IMG/VR virus record: IMGVR_UViG_3300032116_014939
Span: 124,001 to 188,000 of that record
Length of the DNA: 64,000 nucleotides
Reading direction: 5' to 3' (one strand)
Positions within the stretch are counted from its first letter, which is position 1. Each line of letters starts with the position of its first letter. Shown here one piece after another: positions 9,125-18,451 of the stretch. The translations under genes were made by a program, and so were the position numbers. The notes below the pieces were generated by a model that saw only the letters and a program-made list of their open reading frames with translations, was not told the DNA's origin and did not search any database.

Positions 9125-12100
9125 CAGTCAAAAATTATTTTTCCGTTAAAGGTCGTTTTATCTAAATTAACATTCACATTCGAATACAAATTTTTCAAAT
9201 TTTCGTTTTGTGTAGGAGTCGCACCTGCACTTGTATAAGAGAAATTTCTTGTTTTTCCAACAATACTTTGGTTTGACACTTGTGGATTATAATTTTTATA
9301 ACTTAAATAGTCAGGTGAATTAAAGAAAGTGTCAACCTTATTTGTTTGTGCATTTTTTTCAACTGTAAAACTTGAGACTAATCCATTAATTGTAGTTTCG
9401 ACAATACTTTTTGTTAACTGTACAGTATCTGAAACTAAATTTAAAGTTAAATTATTAATTAAACTTTGCCTTGAATTGTTATCAATTATTTCATTACAGA
9501 AAAGAGTGAAAAATCTATTTAAATTACCCGCAATATTTTGACTTGATATAGGTGTAAATGTTGTACTTGGAGTTGTCACGTCAATAATAATATCATTAGA
9601 ATTCAATAATGTATAGTATGATTGAACGTCAGAGGCTAATTTAATATAGTCAGTTCTTATTGAGGTTAGTGTATCACTTGCCCCGTCAGGTAATCCTGTA
9701 AGAGTATAAACATAAGGACTTCCAAGTGATGTGATTTTACCATCAGTCGCTGAACATATTAAATCAAGTTTTCTATAATTTTGATATATTCCAACTTGTG
9801 TATTAGAAACACTTTGTATTTGACTAGATATTTTAGAAATGATATTATTAACCTGATTTGATACTTGGGATATATAATTAGCCCTTACCGCTCTAATGTC
9901 CGATGTTGATACATTATTAACAATTAATGCTGAAATTAAAAAATCAGTTCCATTAGTAATTTCAGTACTTAGTTCATTTGCAACATTTAAAAGATAATTG
10001 TTGTAATTAACCATTTTACCAAGTATCTTAACGTTTGTAACGGGTGTATCTAAACTATTCAATGAACCTGTTACAAACTGTTTTTCAGAACTTACTTGTT
10101 TATAAACACCATAGTTTGTGGTTTGAACAATTTTTGTCACAAAACTTTCAATATTATTAAAATAGTTTTGAGTATAGACAACTGTGTTATCAAACAAACC
10201 ACCGTATAATAATGTACCCGTTTCAACACCACCTGAAGTTTGTGAATTAGTAATATTCCCAGCTTGTGTACCCCCATTATTTGTTATTTGGGTATTAAGT
10301 TGATTACTCATAGAAGGTGTTGAATTCGCAAATGCCGCATTTGCCTGACTAATATTACTTGATTGTTGATTACTTAAAATGAAAGATTCAACATTAGTAT
10401 CATCAGTTGCATCCGCTCTTTCATCGTATACTTCAGTATTTGCATAAAAATTAAAACTCAAAGCATTTTGAAGTTTTTCAATTGGTTCTTTTAGTCCGTG
10501 ACCACCAATCATTTTAAAACCAAGTTTAACATTAACAATCGCTGGTTGCACACCAATTCCTTCAGGATTAAAATCTAATTGTTCATAAGTAAACGATAAT
10601 GTATCAGGTACAATTTTACAATTATAAAAATCACCAACTCTTAAAATTAAAATTGGAGGTCTACCAAAATTAGTATTAAATGCGTCTTTGTTTTTAACAC
10701 CTCCTTGATTATCAGTTGTTGTAGGTATGGTTCTACCTGGTCTTACACATTGATTTAAAAATGTAATTCTTGAGTTAAAACCTTCAGGTGTTATAGAATG
10801 GAATAATGGATTAAAAAATTTAATTCTTTGTTTAATACCATCATATAAAAATGGGTCAGAGTTTTTTATCGTTTCAAAATAATTTTGTTCATTTAAAAGT
10901 TCTCTAATAAGTCTTTTTGTTACATTTTTTAATTTACTCTGAAAATCGGCAACAGGTACTTGTTTTAATCCAAAAGTATTATTATAACCTTCACTCACCG
11001 ATTTAGCAACTTTTGTACCAAATGGTGTATACGGTTGTACAGTAATTTTACTGATAACCAAAGTACTACAAGCAACACGGATTACATTATATTCATCGGC
11101 AATATTATTACCATTACAATTATAAGTTTGACTACTATCTTTAGGTTTGTAATTATCAATAGTTCCAGAGTTAACATCAATTTTTAATCTTCTGGAGTCA
11201 ACATACTCTGAAATATTTGTACCTTGATATACAAGTTGATTAAAATATTCAATAATACTTTGTTTTCTATCTTCACCTAAATTTTGTGATTCAGGCCCCG
11301 AAATACCACCAACACCAAAATTAGTAGCCTTTAAATCTATTTTAACCTCATTGTTATTAACTAAAGCATCCGCAATTTCTTGAGCTAATTCAATAAAATT
11401 ATTGTAATTTGGAGTTATTGTATTTTCTAAAAAACTTTTAGAAGCATCAATACCATCAAAAGATTCAGAGTTTATATTTGTGACAAGTTGGTTATATATG
11501 TTTTCATATGATTGGTCATAGTTACTATTTTCTGTAGTATCAGCATTAAAATATATTCCGTTACCAACATATGAACTTAAATTAGGTAATTCTTTTGGCC
11601 CTGAATTATCCTCTTGTGGTATTTGTGTTAGAGCGTCTACTTTATCACTTTCTGACGTATCTAAACTTTCCAATACCTGTTGATAAACTTCGTCAATAGT
11701 ACCTAAACTTAATGAACTAAATTTCTGAGCTAATTCATATATATCATACCTTTGACATCCTGCAAAAAATGAATCAACTACCGATGTTATAGTTGAGTTA
11801 GATTGATTTTGTAATTCTTTATTAACAATTAAATTTAACACGGACGGATGGTCAACAATAATTTTAAAATTTATACTACCCGACCTTTTAGTATTTTTAT
11901 AAGTATATATTGGTTCAGGTCTACCGATAAAATCAGTTTCATTAAATGATGGTGTAGAACTATCATCAAAAGTTAAATCGTATGGAGGGAACCACATAAT
12001 TCTACCACCATTAGGCCCTTTTTCTGCCGATGGAAGTTGATTATATTCAGGTGTGTCTTTCCAAGCTAAGTTTTCTAAAGACAACATGTATTTTTTTACC

Positions 12101-13902
12101 TGTCCGTTAATGACATTTGTCCCACCATTTTTAAAAGGTGTAATATTAAGATTGTAGGTACTATCTAAAACAGAATAAGTAAACCTTCTAATGTTACCAT
12201 TAGTTTCTAAACCTGAGTCATTAGCAACTGTTTTTTGTAAATTAGCATAAGTGTAATAAGGTTTATCTTTTGTAAAGATTCTACAATATTCTTGTCCTAC
12301 CTCAGTACCTGAGTTATTAACATATTTTTTAACTTTTGAACCTTTGGTTAATATTTTATAACCATCTGAAAATACTTTAGACACTTGATTAATTGCGTTT
12401 CCAACATGTCCCAATCTATCAGCACCTTGAGCAGGTGTTGAGTTAATTAATCGTTGTGTAACATCTAAAATAGAACCAGGTCTAAATGTATAGTTAGTAG
12501 ATAAAACTTGATTGTAAGAAGACGCTAACGGTGTAAAATTTGGATTATTACTTAACAACTGTCCACCTTGTCCAACATTTCTTCCAGCTTCAGGTTTTGT
12601 AAATTCTGTAATCCAAACAAATCCTCCATCAAAAGAAGGTTTTTGTTCGTAATTTAATCCAGCTAATCCAAACTGAAAATTTTGGTCACCTTCATATAAT
12701 ATACCAACCTTATCAGGCCCATATACAGGAGCTTGTGTTGGTATTCCAAAAGCGTCTATAGGCGAAGCGTTTGGTGGTGATACAACATTTGTAATGTCCG
12801 TTTCTTGTCTACCAACATAAAGGTTACCTATTGAAGTAAAATTATCAAATAAATTATTAATAAAATTACCAACCTGTGTAGATGTTATAGCGTAGTTAGG
12901 TTTAAACCTATTGTAGTTAAGTGCGTTAAATAAAACCGATTTTGTACCAGCACCTGTATTTTGTAAAAATTTAATTGACGGGTTTGGTCTGTTTGTAATA
13001 TTTCCACCACCCAAATTACCAATAGCTTGTAGTGGTCGTAATCTTAATATTTCAGTATCAGAAAAATAACTTCCCTCAATAGGTGAAGCGGGTAAATAAG
13101 TACCACTTAACTTTTGTATGAAAAACGCAGCGTAATCTAATAGACCGTCAGGTTTTGTAATAGTATAATCTCTATAAACAAAAGGTTCTTGACCTGTGGC
13201 TAACAACGTCGCATTAAATGGATTAGTTAAAGTATCAAGATTAATTGCTCCAATAGTATTTCTTTCAATTTCTCTAGCAATACGGGCTTGTGTAGCTTCT
13301 CTCAAACTTTGAGCCGCCAATTGTTGTAAAAATGAGTCGTTAGCTAATGCGGCGTCACCAAATAATATTTCGTAATTAGTATAATCTCCCTGAACAAATA
13401 TGATTGGAGCAACTTTACCATCACCATATATTTGTGAACCAGCAGGTAACTTACCTAAAATTAAATCAGATGTAACGAATAAATCCTCATAACCATCAGG
13501 TGGTAAATACCTATTAACAACTTCAGCATCATCAATAAATGCCTCATTGAATAAATCCATTCTTGATGTTTGTAAGTCATATGGTTGTGATGTACCTAAA
13601 GGGTTATTTTCAGTACTTCCTCCACCAGGAAGAACCGTATTATCAACAACTAATGCCCCATCAAAAAATTGACCTGCGGGACTATACAAATTCATTCTTG
13701 TACTATACGCAGGTTCAACATATAAGTTTGAACTTACACTTTCAGAATCTGCCGGTGAATTGTCTTGTAATTTAATTGGATAGTTTTGTAACCCTTGGGG
13801 TGAAGTAAAATTACCCTGAATACTATACGGTGCTAAATTCCTTGCAACTAATGCTTTTCTAAATTGTTCCGAATTGTTGAATGATAAGAATTCTACAGCC
13901 AT
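9124..13902 (-). CDS. Large baseplate/tail-tube-initiator protein (P2 gpU/gp48-like domain split by an insertion)
   Basis: WFPPYDLTF...FIGRPEPIYTYKNTKRSGSINF and RPPILILRVGDFY...SFTY...P.IVNVKLGF halves; lies between tape measure and LysM genes. Confidence 0.55.
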   Translation of the reverse strand: MAVEFLSFNNSEQFRKALVARNLAPYSIQGNFTSPQGLQNYPIKLQDNSPADSESVSSNLYVEPAYSTRMNLYSPAGQFFDGALVVDNTVLPGGGSTENNPLGTSQPYDLQTSRMDLFNEAFIDDAEVVNRYLPPDGYEDLFVTSDLILGKLPAGSQIYGDGKVAPIIFVQGDYTNYEILFGDAALANDSFLQQLAAQSLREATQARIAREIERNTIGAINLDTLTNPFNATLLATGQEPFVYRDYTITKPDGLLDYAAFFIQKLSGTYLPASPIEGSYFSDTEILRLRPLQAIGNLGGGNITNRPNPSIKFLQNTGAGTKSVLFNALNYNRFKPNYAITSTQVGNFINNLFDNFTSIGNLYVGRQETDITNVVSPPNASPIDAFGIPTQAPVYGPDKVGILYEGDQNFQFGLAGLNYEQKPSFDGGFVWITEFTKPEAGRNVGQGGQLLSNNPNFTPLASSYNQVLSTNYTFRPGSILDVTQRLINSTPAQGADRLGHVGNAINQVSKVFSDGYKILTKGSKVKKYVNNSGTEVGQEYCRIFTKDKPYYTYANLQKTVANDSGLETNGNIRRFTYSVLDSTYNLNITPFKNGGTNVINGQVKKYMLSLENLAWKDTPEYNQLPSAEKGPNGGRIMWFPPYDLTFDDSSTPSFNETDFIGRPEPIYTYKNTKRSGSINFKIIVDHPSVLNLIVNKELQNQSNSTITSVVDSFFAGCQRYDIYELAQKFSSLSLGTIDEVYQQVLESLDTSESDKVDALTQIPQEDNSGPKELPNLSSYVGNGIYFNADTTENSNYDQSYENIYNQLVTNINSESFDGIDASKSFLENTITPNYNNFIELAQEIADALVNNNEVKIDLKATNFGVGGISGPESQNLGEDRKQSIIEYFNQLVYQGTNISEYVDSRRLKIDVNSGTIDNYKPKDSSQTYNCNGNNIADEYNVIRVACSTLVISKITVQPYTPFGTKVAKSVSEGYNNTFGLKQVPVADFQSKLKNVTKRLIRELLNEQNYFETIKNSDPFLYDGIKQRIKFFNPLFHSITPEGFNSRITFLNQCVRPGRTIPTTTDNQGGVKNKDAFNTNFGRPPILILRVGDFYNCKIVPDTLSFTYEQLDFNPEGIGVQPAIVNVKLGFKMIGGHGLKEPIEKLQNALSFNFYANTEVYDERADATDDTNVESFILSNQQSSNISQANAAFANSTPSMSNQLNTQITNNGGTQAGNITNSQTSGGVETGTLLYGGLFDNTVVYTQNYFNNIESFVTKIVQTTNYGVYKQVSSEKQFVTGSLNSLDTPVTNVKILGKMVNYNNYLLNVANELSTEITNGTDFLISALIVNNVSTSDIRAVRANYISQVSNQVNNIISKISSQIQSVSNTQVGIYQNYRKLDLICSATDGKITSLGSPYVYTLTGLPDGASDTLTSIRTDYIKLASDVQSYYTLLNSNDIIIDVTTPSTTFTPISSQNIAGNLNRFFTLFCNEIIDNNSRQSLINNLTLNLVSDTVQLTKSIVETTINGLVSSFTVEKNAQTNKVDTFFNSPDYLSYKNYNPQVSNQSIVGKTRNFSYTSAGATPTQNENLKNLYSNVNVNLDKTTFNGKIIFD

Positions 13903-13915
13903 CTATACTTTTTTC

Positions 13916-13923
13916 TATAAATA
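13916..13923 (-). promoter_or_regulatory. Putative late promoter TATTTATA
   Basis: 13 nt upstream of ATG 13902. Confidence 0.65.
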
Positions 13924-13940
13924 GAATAGAAATAATTTTA

Positions 13941-15956
13941 TTACGTTGCAGTTAGACCATAATCAGAACCAACTACTCCAATTTTTTCTCTTAATGTTCT
14001 TAAAGTGTCGTCATTATTAAACGCTGATAGTATAGCATTTTTAATTTGAGGGTCATTAGAATTAGCATTTACATTTAATGTTAAAACCAATTCTTTTTTA
14101 CCTGATGTTGTATTATTTACCGCTTGTCCTTCATTTGAAGGTAATAACGGACCTACATTACCACCTATTGAAGATGCTAAGGCTTTTTGATTAACCGCCA
14201 TCAACATATCCCCTTTATCTAAACTATAATGCATTCCGTCAGCAGTAATCGCAATATCTTTTTTCTCTTCAGTTATTCCAAGTTTTTCTTTAGCCCAATT
14301 AGTAACCGCACTTCCAAGTATTGTAAGTTTAGTGACCGCATTACCAAAATCACCTACATTTATACCAAATTTTTTAGCACCTTCTTCAAATGAACTTGAA
14401 GCTTTCAATGCTTCTGAAATTACAACTTTAGTAGTGTTTTCGGTTGCGATTTTAACGGCATCATCCATTATTGGTTTTAAAGTTTCAAATCCTTGTGAAA
14501 AATCAGCTAATAATGATGTAATTTCAGTTATAGATATGTCACCTGATACAACTTTATTTACACGACCTTGTATATCCCCAATCAACTGTTGTGAGTTGTC
14601 TTTTCCTTTTTGGGTTGTTAGGCTAAAAGTTTCAAATCCGCTTTTTAAAATTTCTGTTTGCCCATTTACAGCATTTCTTAAAAATTCATTACCTTCTTTA
14701 GAAATTGCATATTGAGTCGATAATAAAGACGTTAAAGCGTTTTGTTGAGCAACTAACGTATTTGCAGCTCCAAGTTGGTCTTTAGCCAAATCAACCATCT
14801 GTGAACCACTATCTTTTTTTTGAAACTCCTGTTGTTGAGCTATTAGGTCAATATCACCTTTTTGTAAATTATTTAAAGCTTGTGTTGTAACGGCACCATT
14901 TGCATCTTTATAAGTTACTTCATATTTACCACTATTTTTATTAAATTCCGCAATATTTGCCAACATCATTTTTTGGTCTTCAGGAACATTTTCAAGACCT
15001 TTAAAATCAATCTCGCCCATTTTCTTTTCAATCTTAGCGGATTCAATTGCCATTTTTTCAAACTCCGCTCTGTCAATACCTAAAGAGTCAGCAACTTCTT
15101 TTAACTGTCTTCTAGCTTCAGGCATGATTTGGAACGTACCAGTTTTTTCATCAAATTTTGTAAAAGTTTTAGATAGTTCAGATAATTGATTTTGTAACTC
15201 AGGTACATTATTTTGAGCTAAATCCATTAATTTTAATGGGTCTAATAACGCACTTGATGTCGCCCCTAACCTTTGTAAAGTCGAAGCAACGTCTATTGCC
15301 GACTCAGGTGAAAAAAGTTTGTCAGCAACATTAAGAGTTTGAGCCATATCAACTCTCATAGCCGCCGCTTTTGCCGCCATTTTTGCCATACCTTCAACAC
15401 CTGTACCAAACCCGTACCTGTTCATTTTGTCTAAATTAGTAACTACCATTGCTGAAACTACTTGGGCATTTACACCCATATTTTGTGCGGTTGATACTAC
15501 TTTAGTCATTTCATCACTAATATGGGTAGTTTCCATACCCGCATTTCTAAATGAACTTTCTAATGTTTTTGCAGCAACACCTGTTACTTGTTGAGCAGCA
15601 TATAATTGTGTAATATTTTCAGTTGTTAAAACAATATTTCTATTAGTAACTTCATTAAATTCTTTCTGAAGGGTGTTAATTGCCTCTTGATTACCACCCA
15701 TTAAACTGATTTCAGTGTTTGCTCTACCTAATTGATTTTTTAAAATTTCAGCATAACTACTTGTAACACCCATACCTCTTATTAATGAAGAGGTACTTTT
15801 ATCCATATTAATTAAAGCATTTGCTCCCCCTTCAATAGATTTTTTAATTAATTCTGAATTTTTTAAAACATCAGTTTGATATAATATCAAATCTTTATAA
15901 CCAAGTGTTATATTTTCAGGATTTGGGACATTTGCATCCAGAGGAGTGTTTTGCAT
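13941..15956 (-). CDS. Tape measure protein
   Basis: Ala/Gln/Lys-rich helical protein after tube and chaperone genes; MAKMAAKAAAMRVDM repeat-like region. Confidence 0.7.
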   Translation of the reverse strand: MQNTPLDANVPNPENITLGYKDLILYQTDVLKNSELIKKSIEGGANALINMDKSTSSLIRGMGVTSSYAEILKNQLGRANTEISLMGGNQEAINTLQKEFNEVTNRNIVLTTENITQLYAAQQVTGVAAKTLESSFRNAGMETTHISDEMTKVVSTAQNMGVNAQVVSAMVVTNLDKMNRYGFGTGVEGMAKMAAKAAAMRVDMAQTLNVADKLFSPESAIDVASTLQRLGATSSALLDPLKLMDLAQNNVPELQNQLSELSKTFTKFDEKTGTFQIMPEARRQLKEVADSLGIDRAEFEKMAIESAKIEKKMGEIDFKGLENVPEDQKMMLANIAEFNKNSGKYEVTYKDANGAVTTQALNNLQKGDIDLIAQQQEFQKKDSGSQMVDLAKDQLGAANTLVAQQNALTSLLSTQYAISKEGNEFLRNAVNGQTEILKSGFETFSLTTQKGKDNSQQLIGDIQGRVNKVVSGDISITEITSLLADFSQGFETLKPIMDDAVKIATENTTKVVISEALKASSSFEEGAKKFGINVGDFGNAVTKLTILGSAVTNWAKEKLGITEEKKDIAITADGMHYSLDKGDMLMAVNQKALASSIGGNVGPLLPSNEGQAVNNTTSGKKELVLTLNVNANSNDPQIKNAILSAFNNDDTLRTLREKIGVVGSDYGLTAT

Positions 15957-15966
15957 GTTTTTTATT

Positions 15967-15974
15967 TATAAATA
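15967..15974 (-). promoter_or_regulatory. Putative late promoter TATTTATA
   Basis: 10 nt upstream of tape measure ATG. Confidence 0.65.
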
Positions 15975-15975
15975 A

Positions 15976-16158
15976 TCAACTTTCTGTTTTAGAATTTAAT
16001 TCAATAATCCTATCAACCAAAAATCTTCTCTGGTAAGTTGGTATTTTTAAAAAATCGGTATACGACATATGCAATTGTCGTGACAACAGAATATATTCTT
16101 CTAATAAAAATTTTAGATACTCAGAAGAAAGGACGAAAAAACTCCGCCCCAAAGGCAA
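15976..16158 (-). CDS. Tail assembly chaperone second ORF (gpT/gp51-like), probably made as a frameshift fusion
   Basis: Overlaps the upstream gene in the +1 frame; only a TTG start; SYTDFLKIPTYQRRFLVDRI pattern. Confidence 0.65.
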   Translation of the reverse strand: MPLGRSFFVLSSEYLKFLLEEYILLSRQLHMSYTDFLKIPTYQRRFLVDRIIELNSKTES

Positions 16159-16873
16159 TACGTGTGAGTACCTTTTTTCCGGATGGGGCTGTTACTTCTC
16201 TTATTAAATCTAAACCTGGTGAATTATCCGACAAAAATTTTGTAATGTATTTAGAATCCATGATTGGCATTTTTTCAATAAACTTAACAATTTCACCTTT
16301 ATCTGTACTTCCGTTTATTGAAACTATTTGTTTTGATAACCTCCATGTTACTTTCGGTACTACCATATTTTTAGGATATGACTCTTCTCTTTCATTTAAT
16401 TCTTTAATATCCCCAAAAGTAAGTATTTTTAATTTAACTACAGTATTTGACTTAGGTAATGTCGTTTCAAAAAACCCATTTTCATCAGGTTCAACATTTG
16501 TTTTAATAAAATCAACCTCATCTAAAATTTCAGTGTGTTCAAATTCTTTACCTGTTTCAGGGTCAACCAATGATAGTTTATATTCAGGTGTAAATGATGT
16601 GTTTCTTAAAAACAACAAAATTGCCTGTATATCACCGTCTAACATATCTTCAATTTTCAAATCAGGTTCATAAACTTTATTTCTAACCAAATTATAAATA
16701 ATCTGGTCACCACCCATATTTGACGCACTTGATAATATATTTTCATCAGAAGCGGTTAAAAAACCAACCTTAACTGATTTCTTTTTATTTTTATAAAATT
16801 TTCCCTGACTTGGTAATTGGATTACGTCGTGAGGTAAATTGAAATTCATTTGATTTACACTATTGTCTTCCAT
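16121..16873 (-). CDS. Tail/baseplate hub assembly chaperone (T4 gp26-like)
   Basis: LPHDVIQLPSQGKFY...LTASDENIL...DIQAILLFLRNTSF; ends FGAEFFRPFF; between tube and tape measure genes. Confidence 0.75.
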   Translation of the reverse strand: MEDNSVNQMNFNLPHDVIQLPSQGKFYKNKKKSVKVGFLTASDENILSSASNMGGDQIIYNLVRNKVYEPDLKIEDMLDGDIQAILLFLRNTSFTPEYKLSLVDPETGKEFEHTEILDEVDFIKTNVEPDENGFFETTLPKSNTVVKLKILTFGDIKELNEREESYPKNMVVPKVTWRLSKQIVSINGSTDKGEIVKFIEKMPIMDSKYITKFLSDNSPGLDLIREVTAPSGKKVLTRIAFGAEFFRPFF

Positions 16874-16916
16874 AGTTTTTGTTTATAAAATAGTTTAAAA
16901 TTATCTTTATGTAAAT

Positions 16917-16939
16917 AAAAAACCCACATTACTGTGGGT
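16917..16939 (-). terminator. Intrinsic terminator after the tail tube gene
   Basis: Minus strand ACCCACA-GTAA-TGTGGGT followed by TTTTTATTT. Confidence 0.8.
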
Positions 16940-16963
16940 CTTAATATAATATTTGTAATTGTA

Positions 16964-17452
16964 TTAGTAAAGTAAAACACAATAGTCAGGACGAAGAGTC
17001 AAAGTAATATCTGCCAAACCATCATCAGTATAGGCAATTGAACCAAAATCAACGTCAGTTAAGAAACATTGGATTAATGACCACTTTTCAATAACAACCC
17101 CTGTTGGGTCTAACATTTCAAGTTCCACATCTTTTTTGTAACCCGCAGCATATCCCATACGACCTGTTACTTCTTCAGCGTGTAATCTTACCCACTCCAT
17201 CATAGCCTGAGCAGCTGATGGCCCGATTGGGTCAAGAAGTTTAACCTGAATAGTATTCCACTCATACATACCCGCAACATATCTTTTGGTATTCAAAAAT
17301 GGAATATCATTTGATTTAATAGTAATTTTAGGTCGAGAAGCAGATTGAACAAACCACTCGTTTATTCCCAATGAATCAGGAAATCTCAAAATGAACCTGT
17401 TTTTCTTTTTGGGTTCATATGGAAAGGGCATTTTGGTTAACAAATCAGCCAT
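16964..17452 (-). CDS. Tail tube protein (T4 gp19-like)
   Basis: YEPKKKNRFILRF...SASRPK...EWNTIQVKLLDPI...YKKDVELEMLDPTGVVIEKW; downstream of the sheath gene. Confidence 0.85.
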   Translation of the reverse strand: MADLLTKMPFPYEPKKKNRFILRFPDSLGINEWFVQSASRPKITIKSNDIPFLNTKRYVAGMYEWNTIQVKLLDPIGPSAAQAMMEWVRLHAEEVTGRMGYAAGYKKDVELEMLDPTGVVIEKWSLIQCFLTDVDFGSIAYTDDGLADITLTLRPDYCVLLY

Positions 17453-17485
17453 ATTATTTTGTTTTTAAATTTTCTTTTATTTTAT

Positions 17486-17493
17486 TATAAATA
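17486..17493 (-). promoter_or_regulatory. Putative late promoter TATTTATA (second copy at 17561-17568)
   Basis: Upstream of tail tube ATG. Confidence 0.65.
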
Positions 17494-17568
17494 GTGTCAA
17501 TTAAATATTTTTCTATTTACTTTGAACTTTTTTTCAGTCAAACTTGCTATAAGTCCAGTTTATAAATA

Positions 17569-18384
17569 TTAATATAATTTCTTTTCTCCTCCATGTGTTG
17601 ATATTGTTTGAATAATATTTTCCGGGTCTTTTGATAATTCATCTTTAACTTTTTCTAAATTTCTTAAATCATCATCTGAAAAACCTATTTTAGGTATGAA
17701 TCTATTACTAATATCATCTTTAAACATTACAGGTTTCTTTAATAGATTTGCTAAATATTTTACATATTGTTGAAATTCTCTTAAAGCTTCAACCTTTCCT
17801 TTTTCAGGACTTTGAGCAGAACCGGCTCCAAATGTTACAGGATAATACTTATTCATATCCATATAAGCATTTATAAGTTCTTTGTCTGTCATATCTTCTT
17901 CACCGGCAAACTTTCTAAACTTTCTTAAATTTTTAACCAATTCTTTTTTAGATATTCCTCTAAAATTAGTTTCAATCATATTTTCAATTGCCCTACGTAA
18001 AGCCAATGGTGAATGTCCTCTTGCTGTAACTATTGAAAAAATTGAACCCCCATTAATCGCCTCAACAAAGTCATCCCATGCTGGGCCTTCTTTCGCCATC
18101 ATTGCATCAATAATGAACCTCTTATCCCCTTTGGTTCCAAAATTTCTGAATGGGTCGTCAGCAAATCCTACAACAGTTTTCTTTTTATATTCAAAAGGTT
18201 CAACCCCAACCTTTACACGATATTCCGCAAAGTCTTCAGTTGACATACCAACTTCTTCACCATCTTCTGTACGAAGTATTATTTGTGTCGGCATTGTAAG
18301 AATATTATCATCCCAATCAAATGCATAATATTTTAAATCGGGTGTGATTTCTTCATTAAATTCTTCTACTAAAAATATTTTCAT
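17569..18384 (-). CDS. HAD-superfamily phosphatase
   Basis: Motif I FDWDDN, motif II IVTARG, motif IV GFSDDD. Confidence 0.75.
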   Translation of the reverse strand: MKIFLVEEFNEEITPDLKYYAFDWDDNILTMPTQIILRTEDGEEVGMSTEDFAEYRVKVGVEPFEYKKKTVVGFADDPFRNFGTKGDKRFIIDAMMAKEGPAWDDFVEAINGGSIFSIVTARGHSPLALRRAIENMIETNFRGISKKELVKNLRKFRKFAGEEDMTDKELINAYMDMNKYYPVTFGAGSAQSPEKGKVEALREFQQYVKYLANLLKKPVMFKDDISNRFIPKIGFSDDDLRNLEKVKDELSKDPENIIQTISTHGGEKKLY

Positions 18385-18387
18385 ATC

Positions 18388-18395
18388 TATAAATA
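18388..18395 (-). promoter_or_regulatory. Putative late promoter TATTTATA
   Basis: 3 nt upstream of HAD gene ATG. Confidence 0.6.
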
Positions 18396-18406
18396 TTATG
18401 TAAAAT

Positions 18407-18433
18407 AAAAACCCCCACTTTCGTGAGGGTTTT
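18407..18433 (-). terminator. Intrinsic terminator after the tail sheath gene
   Basis: Minus strand CCCTCAC-GAAA-GTGGGGG then TTTTTATTTT (GNRA loop, one G-U pair). Confidence 0.8.
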
Positions 18434-18451
18434 CAATTATTTTATCGTTGA

